A stretch of 64,000 bases of DNA, from assembly GCA_025454795.1 (NCBI GenBank), contig JALONT010000007.1:66750-130749 (forward strand), written 5' to 3'. The notes under the pieces were generated by a model that had not been told where the DNA came from, searched no databases, and saw only the letters and a list, made by a program, of their open reading frames with translations. Positions 1-8,467 of the stretch are shown here, piece after piece. Position 1 is the stretch's first letter. Each line of letters begins with the position of its first letter. Both the position numbers and the translations under genes were made by a program. The stretch comes from Bacteroidales bacterium (GTDB taxonomy: Bacteria > Bacteroidota > Bacteroidia > Bacteroidales > VadinHA17).

Positions 1-762
1 TGTCGAATCATCCTTGTCGCTGATCCAGTTTACACTTACTATCCCAAGTGCACCAGGATTCCTGGAAACGAAATCAATTACTTCAGCATTATTATTAACA
101 GCAAAAAAGTTACCCGGAAGATTATCTTTAATTTCGAAAAGTTCCCTGAAATACCTGATGTTGCCAGATTTAGTATTATCAAATATTACACTGATATCGC
201 TTAGTTTAGATTTCGGATCAAGTTCTTTCCAGTTAACTGTATTTCCAAGAAAAATATCTTTTACTGATTTGAAGGTAAGCAGCGAATCTTTATTATTCTT
301 GTTAATTACCAGGGCAAGAGCATCATAAGCAAATGTGGTTGTACGCGCAATTACAAGGGTATCTCTCAGGTATTGTATCTGATCGTCGGTAAGCTTCCTG
401 CTTGTTACAATAACCTTAACCGAATCATTCATAAAATCATTTATGACATCAAATTCAGGTTTAAAAGTAGCCTTGATCTTTGCATTATCATATAGATGTG
501 TAAAGGTAAAGACCTCAGTATCAATAAGAGGCTGGAACGATTCATCAGAAATGATTTTAATGTTACCCCTTGTAGGTGTCTCCTGTATAACCGTATTACC
601 ACCCTGGCATGAAACAAAAGAGAGTACCAATCCTGCAGTCAGAATGCGAATTCCTGAATATAAAATATGCCTTTTAATCCTGGTCACAACAACTTGGGTG
701 GTGGAAATAAAATTTCGGCCCGCAATGTTAATAAAATTTTGTATAAATGTTACTATGCTCAT
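1..762 (-). CDS. PstS-family substrate-binding lipoprotein (3' end runs off the window; not in the ORF track)
   Basis: Manual translation from ATG at 762 gives ...LSFVSCQGG...ETPTRGNIKIISDESFQPLIDTEVFTF...FAYDALALVINK...VIFDNTKSGNIRYF. It has a lipobox-like Cys and matches the Bacteroidota PstS-like family. The true start may be further downstream. Confidence 0.75.
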   Translation of the reverse strand, partial: MSIVTFIQNFINIAGRNFISTTQVVVTRIKRHILYSGIRILTAGLVLSFVSCQGGNTVIQETPTRGNIKIISDESFQPLIDTEVFTFTHLYDNAKIKATFKPEFDVINDFMNDSVKVIVTSRKLTDDQIQYLRDTLVIARTTTFAYDALALVINKNNKDSLLTFKSVKDIFLGNTVNWKELDPKSKLSDISVIFDNTKSGNIRYFRELFEIKDNLPGNFFAVNNNAEVIDFVSRNPGALGIVSVNWISDKDDST

Positions 763-808
763 AACCTTAAAATTTTGAAATAGCAAATTTTTTATTAAAT
801 AAGCTACT

Positions 809-824
809 GCAAAGTATATGCCAA
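809..824 (-). promoter_or_regulatory. Candidate sigma-54 (-24/-12) promoter for the PstS-like gene
   Basis: Minus strand reads TTGGCATATACTTTGC, which is GG-N10-GC. Confidence 0.5.
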
Positions 825-876
825 GCTAAAAATCCGGACTACCTCACATCATCGGTCCGGATGAAAAGAACTGATC

Positions 877-1104
877 CTATTCTTCTTCTTGTGCGAAAAA
901 AGCTTCCTTAATCTGTTTGTAAGTGACATAAAATCTGTACACGCCGTAAAAAACAAATGTTGATCCGATTATAACACGAATGGCTTTATCAATATTAAAC
1001 ATTTGTGAAAAGAAAAGCAGAAAGATCCCTACCCCCAGATAAAACATTACCATGAATATGCCGAATACGGCATGAAATTGCTGTAGTATTTTATTATTGT
1101 TCAT
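877..1104 (-). CDS. Small two-TM membrane protein
   Basis: 75 aa with two hydrophobic helices (FGIFMVMFYLGVGIFLLFF; IIGSTFVFYGVYRFY). Confidence 0.7.
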   Translation of the reverse strand: MNNNKILQQFHAVFGIFMVMFYLGVGIFLLFFSQMFNIDKAIRVIIGSTFVFYGVYRFYVTYKQIKEAFFAQEEE

Positions 1105-1199
1105 CCTGAAAAAATTTGGCGGTAATAAAAGAAAAATAAAATAATTCCAAAGATAATTATAATTGTTTAAATGTTTTTAATTAACCATAAAGGAAACCG

Positions 1200-2423
1200 T
1201 TATCTCACTAAAAGTGAACAGTCACCATAACTCAAAAACCTGAAACCGTTCCCAAGAGCATAGTTGTAAATATTCTGCCAGTCTCTTCCAACCCAGGCAG
1301 ATATTAACAGCAGAAGTGTGCTTTTTGGCTGATGGAAATTCGTGATCATGCCGCTTATAACTCTGAATTTGTATCCCGGGATAATCATTATTTTAGTTGA
1401 AGCTTCAAGATAACCAGCCCTTTTTTCCCCCATTAGATCCAGCAAAATTCCTAGTGATTCTGTAAGCGTCACCTCTTTCTCAGGCTCATACGGCTCCCAT
1501 TGTCCTGTGAAAAGTCCATTTTTATCTGAATCAGGATTATTTTTAATTTTTACACCAAGCCAGTAGAGACTTTCAAGTGTCCTGACGCTGGTTGTTCCGA
1601 CAGCTATAATTTTATCCTGATGCTGAAGCAGCAATTCAACTGTCTTTTTTGTAACAATATAATATTCGCTATGCATCTCATGCTTTGAAATATCTTTCGT
1701 CTTAACCGGCTGGAAGGTACCGGCACCTACATGCAGAGTCACATCTGCCGATTTTATACCATTATTGCTTATCCGATCAAGAACATCTTCAGTGAAATGC
1801 AGACCGGCAGTGGGAGCTGCCACAGAACCATTAATCTTGGAATATACTGTCTGATAGCGGAGGTAATCCTGCTCTTCATCTTCACGTTTAACATAGGGAG
1901 GGAGAGGGATATGTCCGATATTTTCAATTACTACCCCAAAAGTGATGTTATCAGGTTCCCATCTGAATCTAATTCTCCATGCACCTCCTGTCTCAGGATT
2001 CAATCTTTCAGCTGATAATATGTACTCTCTTCCTCTGTATTGAAATCCCGAGGTCAGGATTCCGTTCTTCCACTTTTTCAGATTTCCGATCATGCACTTC
2101 CATTCTACAGGAGCTATCGAACTGAAAGATTTCTGATAATCAGCCGTTTTAAATGGCTCAAGGCAAAATACCTCTATATTCGCACCTGTATCCTTTTTAA
2201 ATATTAGCCGGGCCCTGATAACTTTTGTATTATTAAATACAAGGAGTGATTCAGCAGGCAGGTATTTCGTGATGTTTTTGAATTTATCCCTGCTTATGTT
2301 ACCTTTATTATATAGTAACAATTGCGAATTATCACGAACCATAACCGGATATTGGGCTATTCTATCCTCCGGAAGCTCATAATCATAATCCTCAATGTTT
2401 ATATCCCTGGATAAATCTCTCAT
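1200..2423 (-). CDS. queA: S-adenosylmethionine:tRNA ribosyltransferase-isomerase
   Basis: Motifs YDYELPEDRIAQYP, FNNTKVIRARL, GSVAAPTAGLHF, TLHVGAGTF, AVGTTSVRTLES, TNFHQPKSTLL, FLSYGD. Start placed at ATG 2423 because the ORF-track extension to 2486 translates a heptamer repeat. Confidence 0.95.
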   Translation of the reverse strand: MRDLSRDINIEDYDYELPEDRIAQYPVMVRDNSQLLLYNKGNISRDKFKNITKYLPAESLLVFNNTKVIRARLIFKKDTGANIEVFCLEPFKTADYQKSFSSIAPVEWKCMIGNLKKWKNGILTSGFQYRGREYILSAERLNPETGGAWRIRFRWEPDNITFGVVIENIGHIPLPPYVKREDEEQDYLRYQTVYSKINGSVAAPTAGLHFTEDVLDRISNNGIKSADVTLHVGAGTFQPVKTKDISKHEMHSEYYIVTKKTVELLLQHQDKIIAVGTTSVRTLESLYWLGVKIKNNPDSDKNGLFTGQWEPYEPEKEVTLTESLGILLDLMGEKRAGYLEASTKIMIIPGYKFRVISGMITNFHQPKSTLLLLISAWVGRDWQNIYNYALGNGFRFLSYGDCSLLVR

Positions 2424-2433
2424 TAAATATTGG

Positions 2434-2468
2434 CTTGCCACACGCCGTACACCACACACCGAACACCG
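2434..2468. repeat. Degenerate heptamer tandem repeat (5 units) in the queA leader
   Basis: cttgcca/cacgccg/tacacca/cacaccg/aacaccg. Confidence 0.6.
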
Positions 2469-2511
2469 GCTTGCAAAAGTAACCATTTTTATATTTTAAT
2501 TTAATATTTCT

Positions 2512-2519
2512 TACCTTTG
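2512..2519 (+). promoter_or_regulatory. Bacteroidota -7 promoter element of rnpB
   Basis: TACCTTTG (TAnnTTTG) immediately upstream of the RNA 5' end. Confidence 0.7.
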
Positions 2520-2523
2520 CACA

Positions 2524-2916
2524 GCAGCAGGCTGTTCCATCGTCCCGCAACGAGAGAAGTCGAGATGCAGGAAGGAAAGTCCGGGCAACACAGAGCACCA
2601 TGCTTCCTAACGGGAAGATATCCGTGAGGGTATAGCAGTGTAACAGAAAATAACCACTGCCCTGAGCGAAGGCGAAGGACAGAACGGGTGAAAAGGAGAG
2701 GTAAGAGCTCACCGGTTCCGGTGGTAACACTGGAAGCCGTACACCTGATGGGTTGAAAGACCACATATACCGGCTTGCAGGATTGCTCGTCCGATGCCGG
2801 GGGGTAGGTCGTAGGATCACGGTAGTGATGCCGTGACAAGATAAATGATGGAAAACGGTTTTACATTCTTTCGAAGAAACCTGAACCGTACAGAACCCGG
2901 CTTACAGGCCAGCTGC
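2524..2916 (+). ncRNA. rnpB: RNase P RNA, bacterial type A
   Basis: Conserved segments GAAGGAAAGTCCGGGCAAC, AGTGTAACAGAAA, GGGTGAAAAGG..GGTAAGAGCTCACC, AGATAAATGAT, ACAGAACCCGGCTTAC. The 5' GCAGC pairs with the 3' GCTGC (P1). Confidence 0.95.
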
Positions 2917-2921
2917 AAATA

Positions 2922-2956
2922 CAGAGGCGCCCAAATAGGGCGCCTCTGCTATTTCT
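2922..2956 (+). terminator. Hairpin terminator after rnpB
   Basis: CAGAGGCGCCC-aaata-GGGCGCCTCTG followed by a T-rich tail. Confidence 0.75.
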
Positions 2957-3030
2957 GTGTGTTGATACATTCTGGATTTTAGCTTTCCTCCCGGGGACCT
3001 GGTGGGGTTTTCAAAACATTGTAAACTTAG

Positions 3031-3732
3031 TTACTTTGCCTTAAAGACACTATTATCCATTGGGATATCAACTTCAACCTTTGTAAAACTGGTCACGAAC
3101 TCCATTCCGCTGGCAGAAGTAGTGGTTTTCATAGGAAGAAGTATCCCATTTGTCTCTTTATAATCTGACGGGTAGGATTCCAGAGTCATAGACATTCCCT
3201 TGCTGTTTACCGTTGCGGTTGTTTTTACAAGAAGATATTTTACTTTATCAATGAAAAGATTAAGTACGGTTCCTCCCTCAATAGTTGCTTTGATCTTATA
3301 AGTTGCACTTCCATTTACCGTTTCTTCACCATCGAGAGCAAGCTGACCATTCTTTAGGAAATTATCCAGGTAATTCTGGAAAACATTGCTTCTGAGCATA
3401 TTCTTTACTTCATCCGGTCCCATCTCAACCGGATCAGAAGATCCTGTCATAGGGTTAATCATATAACCTCTTTCTCCATCGTACAACTGAATCATTTCCT
3501 GGCCATTGATATTTGTGACAGTCTTGATCTTATCAGGGTTTTTCATCCATATCTCCATTGGCATTTCCATACCCATCATTGACATGCTCCCGGTTATCTT
3601 TAAAGTTTTAATACTGCCTGTCTGGTCAAGTTTATTGGCAACAGTATACTTCTTGACAATATTCTCAAGCGACTGGGCACTTATTACAGTAGCAGCAAGG
3701 ATAAATGTGACGATCAACAATATTCTTTTCAT
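3031..3732 (-). CDS. Secreted protein, outer-membrane lipoprotein-sorting (LolA-like) family
   Basis: Signal peptide; beta-rich pattern ending SDYKETNGILLP...FTKVEVDIPMDNSVF. Confidence 0.6.
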   Translation of the reverse strand: MKRILLIVTFILAATVISAQSLENIVKKYTVANKLDQTGSIKTLKITGSMSMMGMEMPMEIWMKNPDKIKTVTNINGQEMIQLYDGERGYMINPMTGSSDPVEMGPDEVKNMLRSNVFQNYLDNFLKNGQLALDGEETVNGSATYKIKATIEGGTVLNLFIDKVKYLLVKTTATVNSKGMSMTLESYPSDYKETNGILLPMKTTTSASGMEFVTSFTKVEVDIPMDNSVFKAK

Positions 3733-3742
3733 AAAAGAAAAG

Positions 3743-4576
3743 TTACTTATTAAATGAATTTATCGTTTTTCTGATTGCAACAAGCTTGAATAACAGATCA
3801 TTCATCGCTGACAATTTTAGCATATTTGCACCATCAGATTTTGCAGCCGAAGGATTCGGATGTGTTTCCATGAAAATTCCGTCAGTACCAACACTGACTG
3901 CAGCTTTACCAATTACCTCAATCATTTCAGGATTTCCTCCCGACACTCCTGAATCCTGGTTTGGTTGCTGAAGGGAATGTGTTATGTCCATTATAACAGG
4001 AACTCCTGTTTTTTGCATCACAGGAATATTTCTGAAATCAACGACAATATCCTGGTAGCCGAACATATTCCCCCGGTCTGTAATCATTATATTATTGTTG
4101 CCTGAATCTCTGACTTTCTCAACAGCAAATTTCATTGAAGCTCCTGATAAAAACTGACCCTTCTTGATATTAACCCATTTACCGGTTTTTGCTGCCGCGA
4201 CAAGAAGGTCTGTCTGTCTGCAAAGGAATGCAGGTATCTGAAGTATATCAACATATTGTGCAGCAATTGCAGCTTCTTCCGGATTGTGTATATCGGTTAT
4301 AACAGGTATTTTAAACCTGGTTTTTACATCGGCCAGGATTTCTAAAGCTTTAATATCACCGATACCTGAAAAGGAATCAGCCTTTGACCGGTTTGCTTTT
4401 CTGTAGGACGCTTTAAAAACGTAGGGAATGTGATACTTATCTGTTAACTTTACAAGATGTTCTGCAATTTTAAAAACCACATCTTCCCCCTCGACAATAC
4501 AAGGCCCTGCAATTAACAGAAAATTACCTGTTGCTCTGTATTTCAGTCCGGGTATATTTATTCCGCTCTTATTCAT
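3743..4576 (-). CDS. kdsA: KDO 8-phosphate synthase
   Basis: LIAGPC, FKASYRKANRS, QIPAFLCRQTDL, NIKKGQF, DITHSLQQPN, FMETHPNP..AKSDG. Confidence 0.96.
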   Translation of the reverse strand: MNKSGINIPGLKYRATGNFLLIAGPCIVEGEDVVFKIAEHLVKLTDKYHIPYVFKASYRKANRSKADSFSGIGDIKALEILADVKTRFKIPVITDIHNPEEAAIAAQYVDILQIPAFLCRQTDLLVAAAKTGKWVNIKKGQFLSGASMKFAVEKVRDSGNNNIMITDRGNMFGYQDIVVDFRNIPVMQKTGVPVIMDITHSLQQPNQDSGVSGGNPEMIEVIGKAAVSVGTDGIFMETHPNPSAAKSDGANMLKLSAMNDLLFKLVAIRKTINSFNK

Positions 4577-4626
4577 TTCATTGTAAAGTTAAGTATTTTA
4601 TTATTTTCACATAATTGTAGCTCTTT

Positions 4627-4738
4627 GCCCTTTATGCCTTTGCGCCTTTACGCCTTTGCGCCTTTACGCCTTTACGCCTTTGCGCCTTTACGCCTTTACG
4701 CCTTTGCGCCTTTGCGCCTTTACGCCTTTACGCCTTTA
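4627..4738. repeat. Octamer tandem repeat (CGCCTTTR, about 14 units)
   Basis: Directly visible. The last unit overlaps the rarA stop codon. Confidence 0.95.
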
Positions 4739-6034
4739 TTTCCCATAATCGTAGATATCCTTCCACATTCCATTCAGCTTCTTTCTGATCTCATCTTCCT
4801 TCTGATTTGTCCCGGGCTCGTAAAACTGAGTTCCCTTCAACTCCCCGGGAAGAAAATTATCAGGAACAAAATTTCCCGAATAACTGTGAGCATATTTATA
4901 ATCCTTTCCATAACCTAAATTTTTCATAAGCTTTGTCGGAGCATTTCTTATATGTAAGGGAACCGGGAGATCTCCTTTCTCTCTGACCGATTCGATTGCT
5001 CCCTCAATTGCCATGTAGATCGAATTACTCTTGGGTGAGGTGGCAAGATACACTGCGGCTTCTGAAAGAATTATTCTTGATTCAGGCCACCCGATAACGT
5101 TCACAGCCTCAAAACACGCCTGAGCGAGAAGCAGAGCATTGGGATTTGCAAGTCCAATATCTTCTGCTGCAAGAATGAGCATCCTTCGGGCAATGAACTT
5201 CGGATCTTCCCCTCCTTCAACCATCCGTGCAAGCCAGTAAACGGCAGCATTGGGATCGCTTCCTCTCATTGATTTTATAAAAGCAGAGATGATATCATAG
5301 TGCTGTTCTCCATTCTTATCATACAATGCAAGGTTTTTCTGAACATGGGTAAGTACCTTCTCATTTGTAATAATGATCTTACCATTTTCCTTCTCATCTG
5401 CTTCCGATGATACTACCAGTTCAAGTGCATTGTAGAGTTTTCTTGCATCACCTCCTGAAACACGGAGCAATGCTTCGTACTCTTCAATTTCTATTTCATA
5501 TGCTGCAAGAAAAGTATCTTTCTTCAATGCGCGGTTCAGCAACTCTGTAAGCTCTTCTTCATCAAGAGGCTTCATAATGTAAACCTGGCAGCGTGAGAGG
5601 AGTGGGGATATTACCTCAAATGAAGGGTTTTCGGTTGTAGCACCAATCAGCGTGATAACTCCCTTTTCAACAGCACTCAAAAGAGAATCCTGCTGCGATT
5701 TGTTAAAACGATGAATCTCATCTATAAACACCACCGAATTTGGTTGATCGAAGAACTGCTGTTTTTTCGCCTTTTCAATAGTCTCCCTGACATCTTTTAC
5801 ACCCGAATGTACAGCACTCAGGTGAAAGAAAGGACGCTTCAACGTATTTGCTATTATCCAGGCGAGCGTAGTTTTTCCTACTCCGGGAGGGCCCCATAAT
5901 ATAAAGGATGGGATATTTCCGGATTCTATCACCTTCCTCAGTACGGCATCCTTACCTACCAGGTGTTCCTGTCCGCAAAACTCATCAAGATCTTTTGGTC
6001 TTAATCTTTCCGCAAGCGGCTGATTCGGCAGCAT
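4736..6034 (-). CDS. rarA: Replication-associated recombination protein A (MgsA/RarA AAA+ ATPase)
   Basis: [68 protein letters not shown]. Confidence 0.95.
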   Translation of the reverse strand: MLPNQPLAERLRPKDLDEFCGQEHLVGKDAVLRKVIESGNIPSFILWGPPGVGKTTLAWIIANTLKRPFFHLSAVHSGVKDVRETIEKAKKQQFFDQPNSVVFIDEIHRFNKSQQDSLLSAVEKGVITLIGATTENPSFEVISPLLSRCQVYIMKPLDEEELTELLNRALKKDTFLAAYEIEIEEYEALLRVSGGDARKLYNALELVVSSEADEKENGKIIITNEKVLTHVQKNLALYDKNGEQHYDIISAFIKSMRGSDPNAAVYWLARMVEGGEDPKFIARRMLILAAEDIGLANPNALLLAQACFEAVNVIGWPESRIILSEAAVYLATSPKSNSIYMAIEGAIESVREKGDLPVPLHIRNAPTKLMKNLGYGKDYKYAHSYSGNFVPDNFLPGELKGTQFYEPGTNQKEDEIRKKLNGMWKDIYDYGK

Positions 6035-6338
6035 AAACTTAAGTTTTTGTAAAAGTAATAAATTAAATGTTTTCAGATGGGTCTGACGCCGGGAAGCTGA
6101 TGTAACCGGAAAGCTTTCTTACAGCGATCCACCTGTTTCAATAAATCAAATAAAAGTTTCAATTACCGGACTTGCAGATACTGACAATTTTTTATGTTAA
6201 TTAATTTTTACTAAATTGCTACGAATTTATTGCCATTAAAAAAATAAATTAATACTTTTAACAATTGAATTTGATTTAATAAGGTAGATTTTTGGAAAGT
6301 TTGTTGTATTTGATTGCATTCAGATATAAAATTCAGTT

Positions 6339-7505
6339 ATGAAAAAACCCCTGCTAATTGTAACCATCATTCTGGTAGTAATACTTGTTCTGCCGGTAAT
6401 CAATCTGCTCCGCTGGACTTTTCAGGAGAAAAAGCCCATGGGTATAATAATTGTTGACAAGACAGTTCCTACCCTTGAAAGGGAAAAGCATAAGTCTTTT
6501 AACTGGATTCTTACAAGCGATAGATTTGTTAAGAAAGAGAAAAAAACCAGCTATTCCTATAAGAAGGATTACTTTGGGTTTGTACCTAAAAGGCCTCTTA
6601 AAGAAAAGCTGTGGGGTAAAAACAGCTACAACCTTACAGAGGCAATCCAGGAACTTCCTGAAAAGAATGACGCAGTCTATTTTACCGACACTTATGGGGT
6701 TTTCTTCAACGACTGGTACAGGGGAATCAATAAAAGCAGGAGATCAAGAAAACTGGAAGGGGCGCTCAACAATACCGATAATCTCCTGATCAAGGAGATG
6801 AAAGACCGGAATAAACTGGTTATACTTGAATATAACAGTTTCGATTATCCGACAGCTGAATATGAATCCTACAGAATCCAGGAACGTCTGGGAATTAAAT
6901 GGTCTGGCTGGACCGGAAAATACTTCAGCTCACTTGATACTGCTGCAAAAGGTAATGAAGATTTTCCAATCTGGATGACCGCAATGTACCGCAAACAATT
7001 TAAAAAACCATGGACATTCAAAAAAGCTGGTATTGTCTTTCTTCGCGATAGAGGTATAATTGTATTTGAAGAGGGCACCCTCCTGAAGAACCCTATGCCT
7101 GAGATTATCTCTGATTCAGCATTCATCGCCAAATGGAAACTGCCGGAAACTGTAGCTTTCGACCAGTGGTTCGATATTATTGATCCACTTGAAAATAAAG
7201 TTGTTTCAAAATTCAGGATTGAAACAACCGCTCTCGGTGATTCTCTTCTCGGTGAATATGGGCTCTCTAACGAATTTCCTGCAGTTACTCAGGAACCTGT
7301 CGCACAGAGAACTTACTACTTCTCAGGTGATTTTGCAAATAAAGACATCCCTGTCTGGACTTCACGTTTCAGAGGTGTCGAAAACCTGAAAGGTATCCTC
7401 TATTCCAAAAAACCGGATGATACGAGAAGATTCTTCTGGCTCTATTACAGGCCACTTATAGAAGGTATCTTTAACGAATATTATGACTCAATGTCAGCTA
7501 AATAA
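6339..7505 (+). CDS. Membrane-anchored hypothetical protein
   Basis: 388-aa ORF with an N-terminal TM segment and motifs DKTVP..EHKS, DTYGV, WSGWTGKYF, YYFSGDFA. Followed by a terminator. Confidence 0.75.
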   Translation: MKKPLLIVTIILVVILVLPVINLLRWTFQEKKPMGIIIVDKTVPTLEREKHKSFNWILTSDRFVKKEKKTSYSYKKDYFGFVPKRPLKEKLWGKNSYNLTEAIQELPEKNDAVYFTDTYGVFFNDWYRGINKSRRSRKLEGALNNTDNLLIKEMKDRNKLVILEYNSFDYPTAEYESYRIQERLGIKWSGWTGKYFSSLDTAAKGNEDFPIWMTAMYRKQFKKPWTFKKAGIVFLRDRGIIVFEEGTLLKNPMPEIISDSAFIAKWKLPETVAFDQWFDIIDPLENKVVSKFRIETTALGDSLLGEYGLSNEFPAVTQEPVAQRTYYFSGDFANKDIPVWTSRFRGVENLKGILYSKKPDDTRRFFWLYYRPLIEGIFNEYYDSMSAK

Positions 7506-7534
7506 GGTTAGAATCATTACATCATAATTAAAGG

Positions 7535-7564
7535 AGTACAGGTATCATAACCTGTACTTTTTTT
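7535..7564 (+). terminator. Intrinsic terminator
   Basis: AGTACAGGT-N6-ACCTGTACT followed by a T run. Confidence 0.7.
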
Positions 7565-7598
7565 ATATTTACAGCTATTTGTCTATTAATTCTTGGAA

Positions 7599-8366
7599 AT
7601 GAAAATCTCTGTTATACAGCCAGATACAATATGGGAAGATAAAGTTCATAATCTTGAAAAGATCGAACAAATGATGTCAGAACTTAAAGATACCGATGTC
7701 GTCATCCTTCCTGAAATGTTTAATACCGGGTTCTCAATGAATCCGGAACATTTATACGAATCTCCTGGCTCCGTAACATTCGACTGGATGATCCATATCT
7801 CGGAAAAAAAGAACTTTGGGATCTGTGGAAGCTATATCGTCAGAGATAATAACAGGTACTTCAACAGATGGATTTTCGTTACCCCTGAAAACAAATTCCT
7901 GAAATACGATAAACGACATCTTTTCAGGATGAGTAATGAGGAGGAATCATTTACTCCGGGGAAAAAGCGGCTTACTTTCAGGTTCAGAGACATAAGAATA
8001 TGCGCAAATATATGCTATGACCTGAGATTTCCCGTTTGGTCCAGAAACAAAAATGATTATGACCTTCTCATAAATTCAGCTAACTGGCCCTTATCGAGGA
8101 AAGACGTCTGGATTACTTTGCTTAAAGCGAGAGCTATTGAAAATCAGTGTTTTGTTGCTGCAGCAAACAGAGTTGGAACCGACGGAGCCGGTATTAAATA
8201 TTGCGGTAATTCAATGATCATAGATCCGAAAGGAGTGATCATTGCTTCAGCAAACCAGAGCGAAGAATGTTCCATTTCCGGTGAAATTTCAATGTCTGAA
8301 CTTTCAGCTTTCAGAACAAAATTCCCCGTTTGGAAAGATGCCGACAACTTTACAATCAAAAGTTAA
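7599..8366 (+). CDS. Nitrilase-family amidohydrolase (YafV/omega-amidase-like)
   Basis: Catalytic E-K-C triad: LPEMF, YDKRHLF, ICYDLRFPVW; also RAIENQ. Confidence 0.88.
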   Translation: MKISVIQPDTIWEDKVHNLEKIEQMMSELKDTDVVILPEMFNTGFSMNPEHLYESPGSVTFDWMIHISEKKNFGICGSYIVRDNNRYFNRWIFVTPENKFLKYDKRHLFRMSNEEESFTPGKKRLTFRFRDIRICANICYDLRFPVWSRNKNDYDLLINSANWPLSRKDVWITLLKARAIENQCFVAAANRVGTDGAGIKYCGNSMIIDPKGVIIASANQSEECSISGEISMSELSAFRTKFPVWKDADNFTIKS

Positions 8367-8390
8367 TCTTCTCTTAACCTCACCATAGAA

Positions 8391-8464
8391 ACCGCAAACC
8401 TCAAGCCGCAAACCTCAAGCCGCAAACCTCAAGCCGCAAACCTCAAGCCGCAAACCTTAAACCT
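8391..8464. repeat. 14-bp tandem repeat (GCCGCAAACCTCAA x5; two heptamers per unit)
   Basis: Directly visible between convergent genes, next to the stop codon at 8468. Confidence 0.95.
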
Positions 8465-8467
8465 CTT

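Noticed and set aside
2392-2839. Minus-strand ORFs of 142 and 112 aa
   Set aside because: They are antisense to RNase P RNA and have no protein-like features.
4625-4918. ORF with (PLRLYAFA)n repeats
   Set aside because: It is a translation of the octamer array plus antisense rarA.
6075-6135. Possible riboswitch/structured RNA upstream of rarA (GGAAGCT..AGCTTTC stem)
   Set aside because: I recognised no riboswitch consensus; an Infernal/Rfam scan would be needed.
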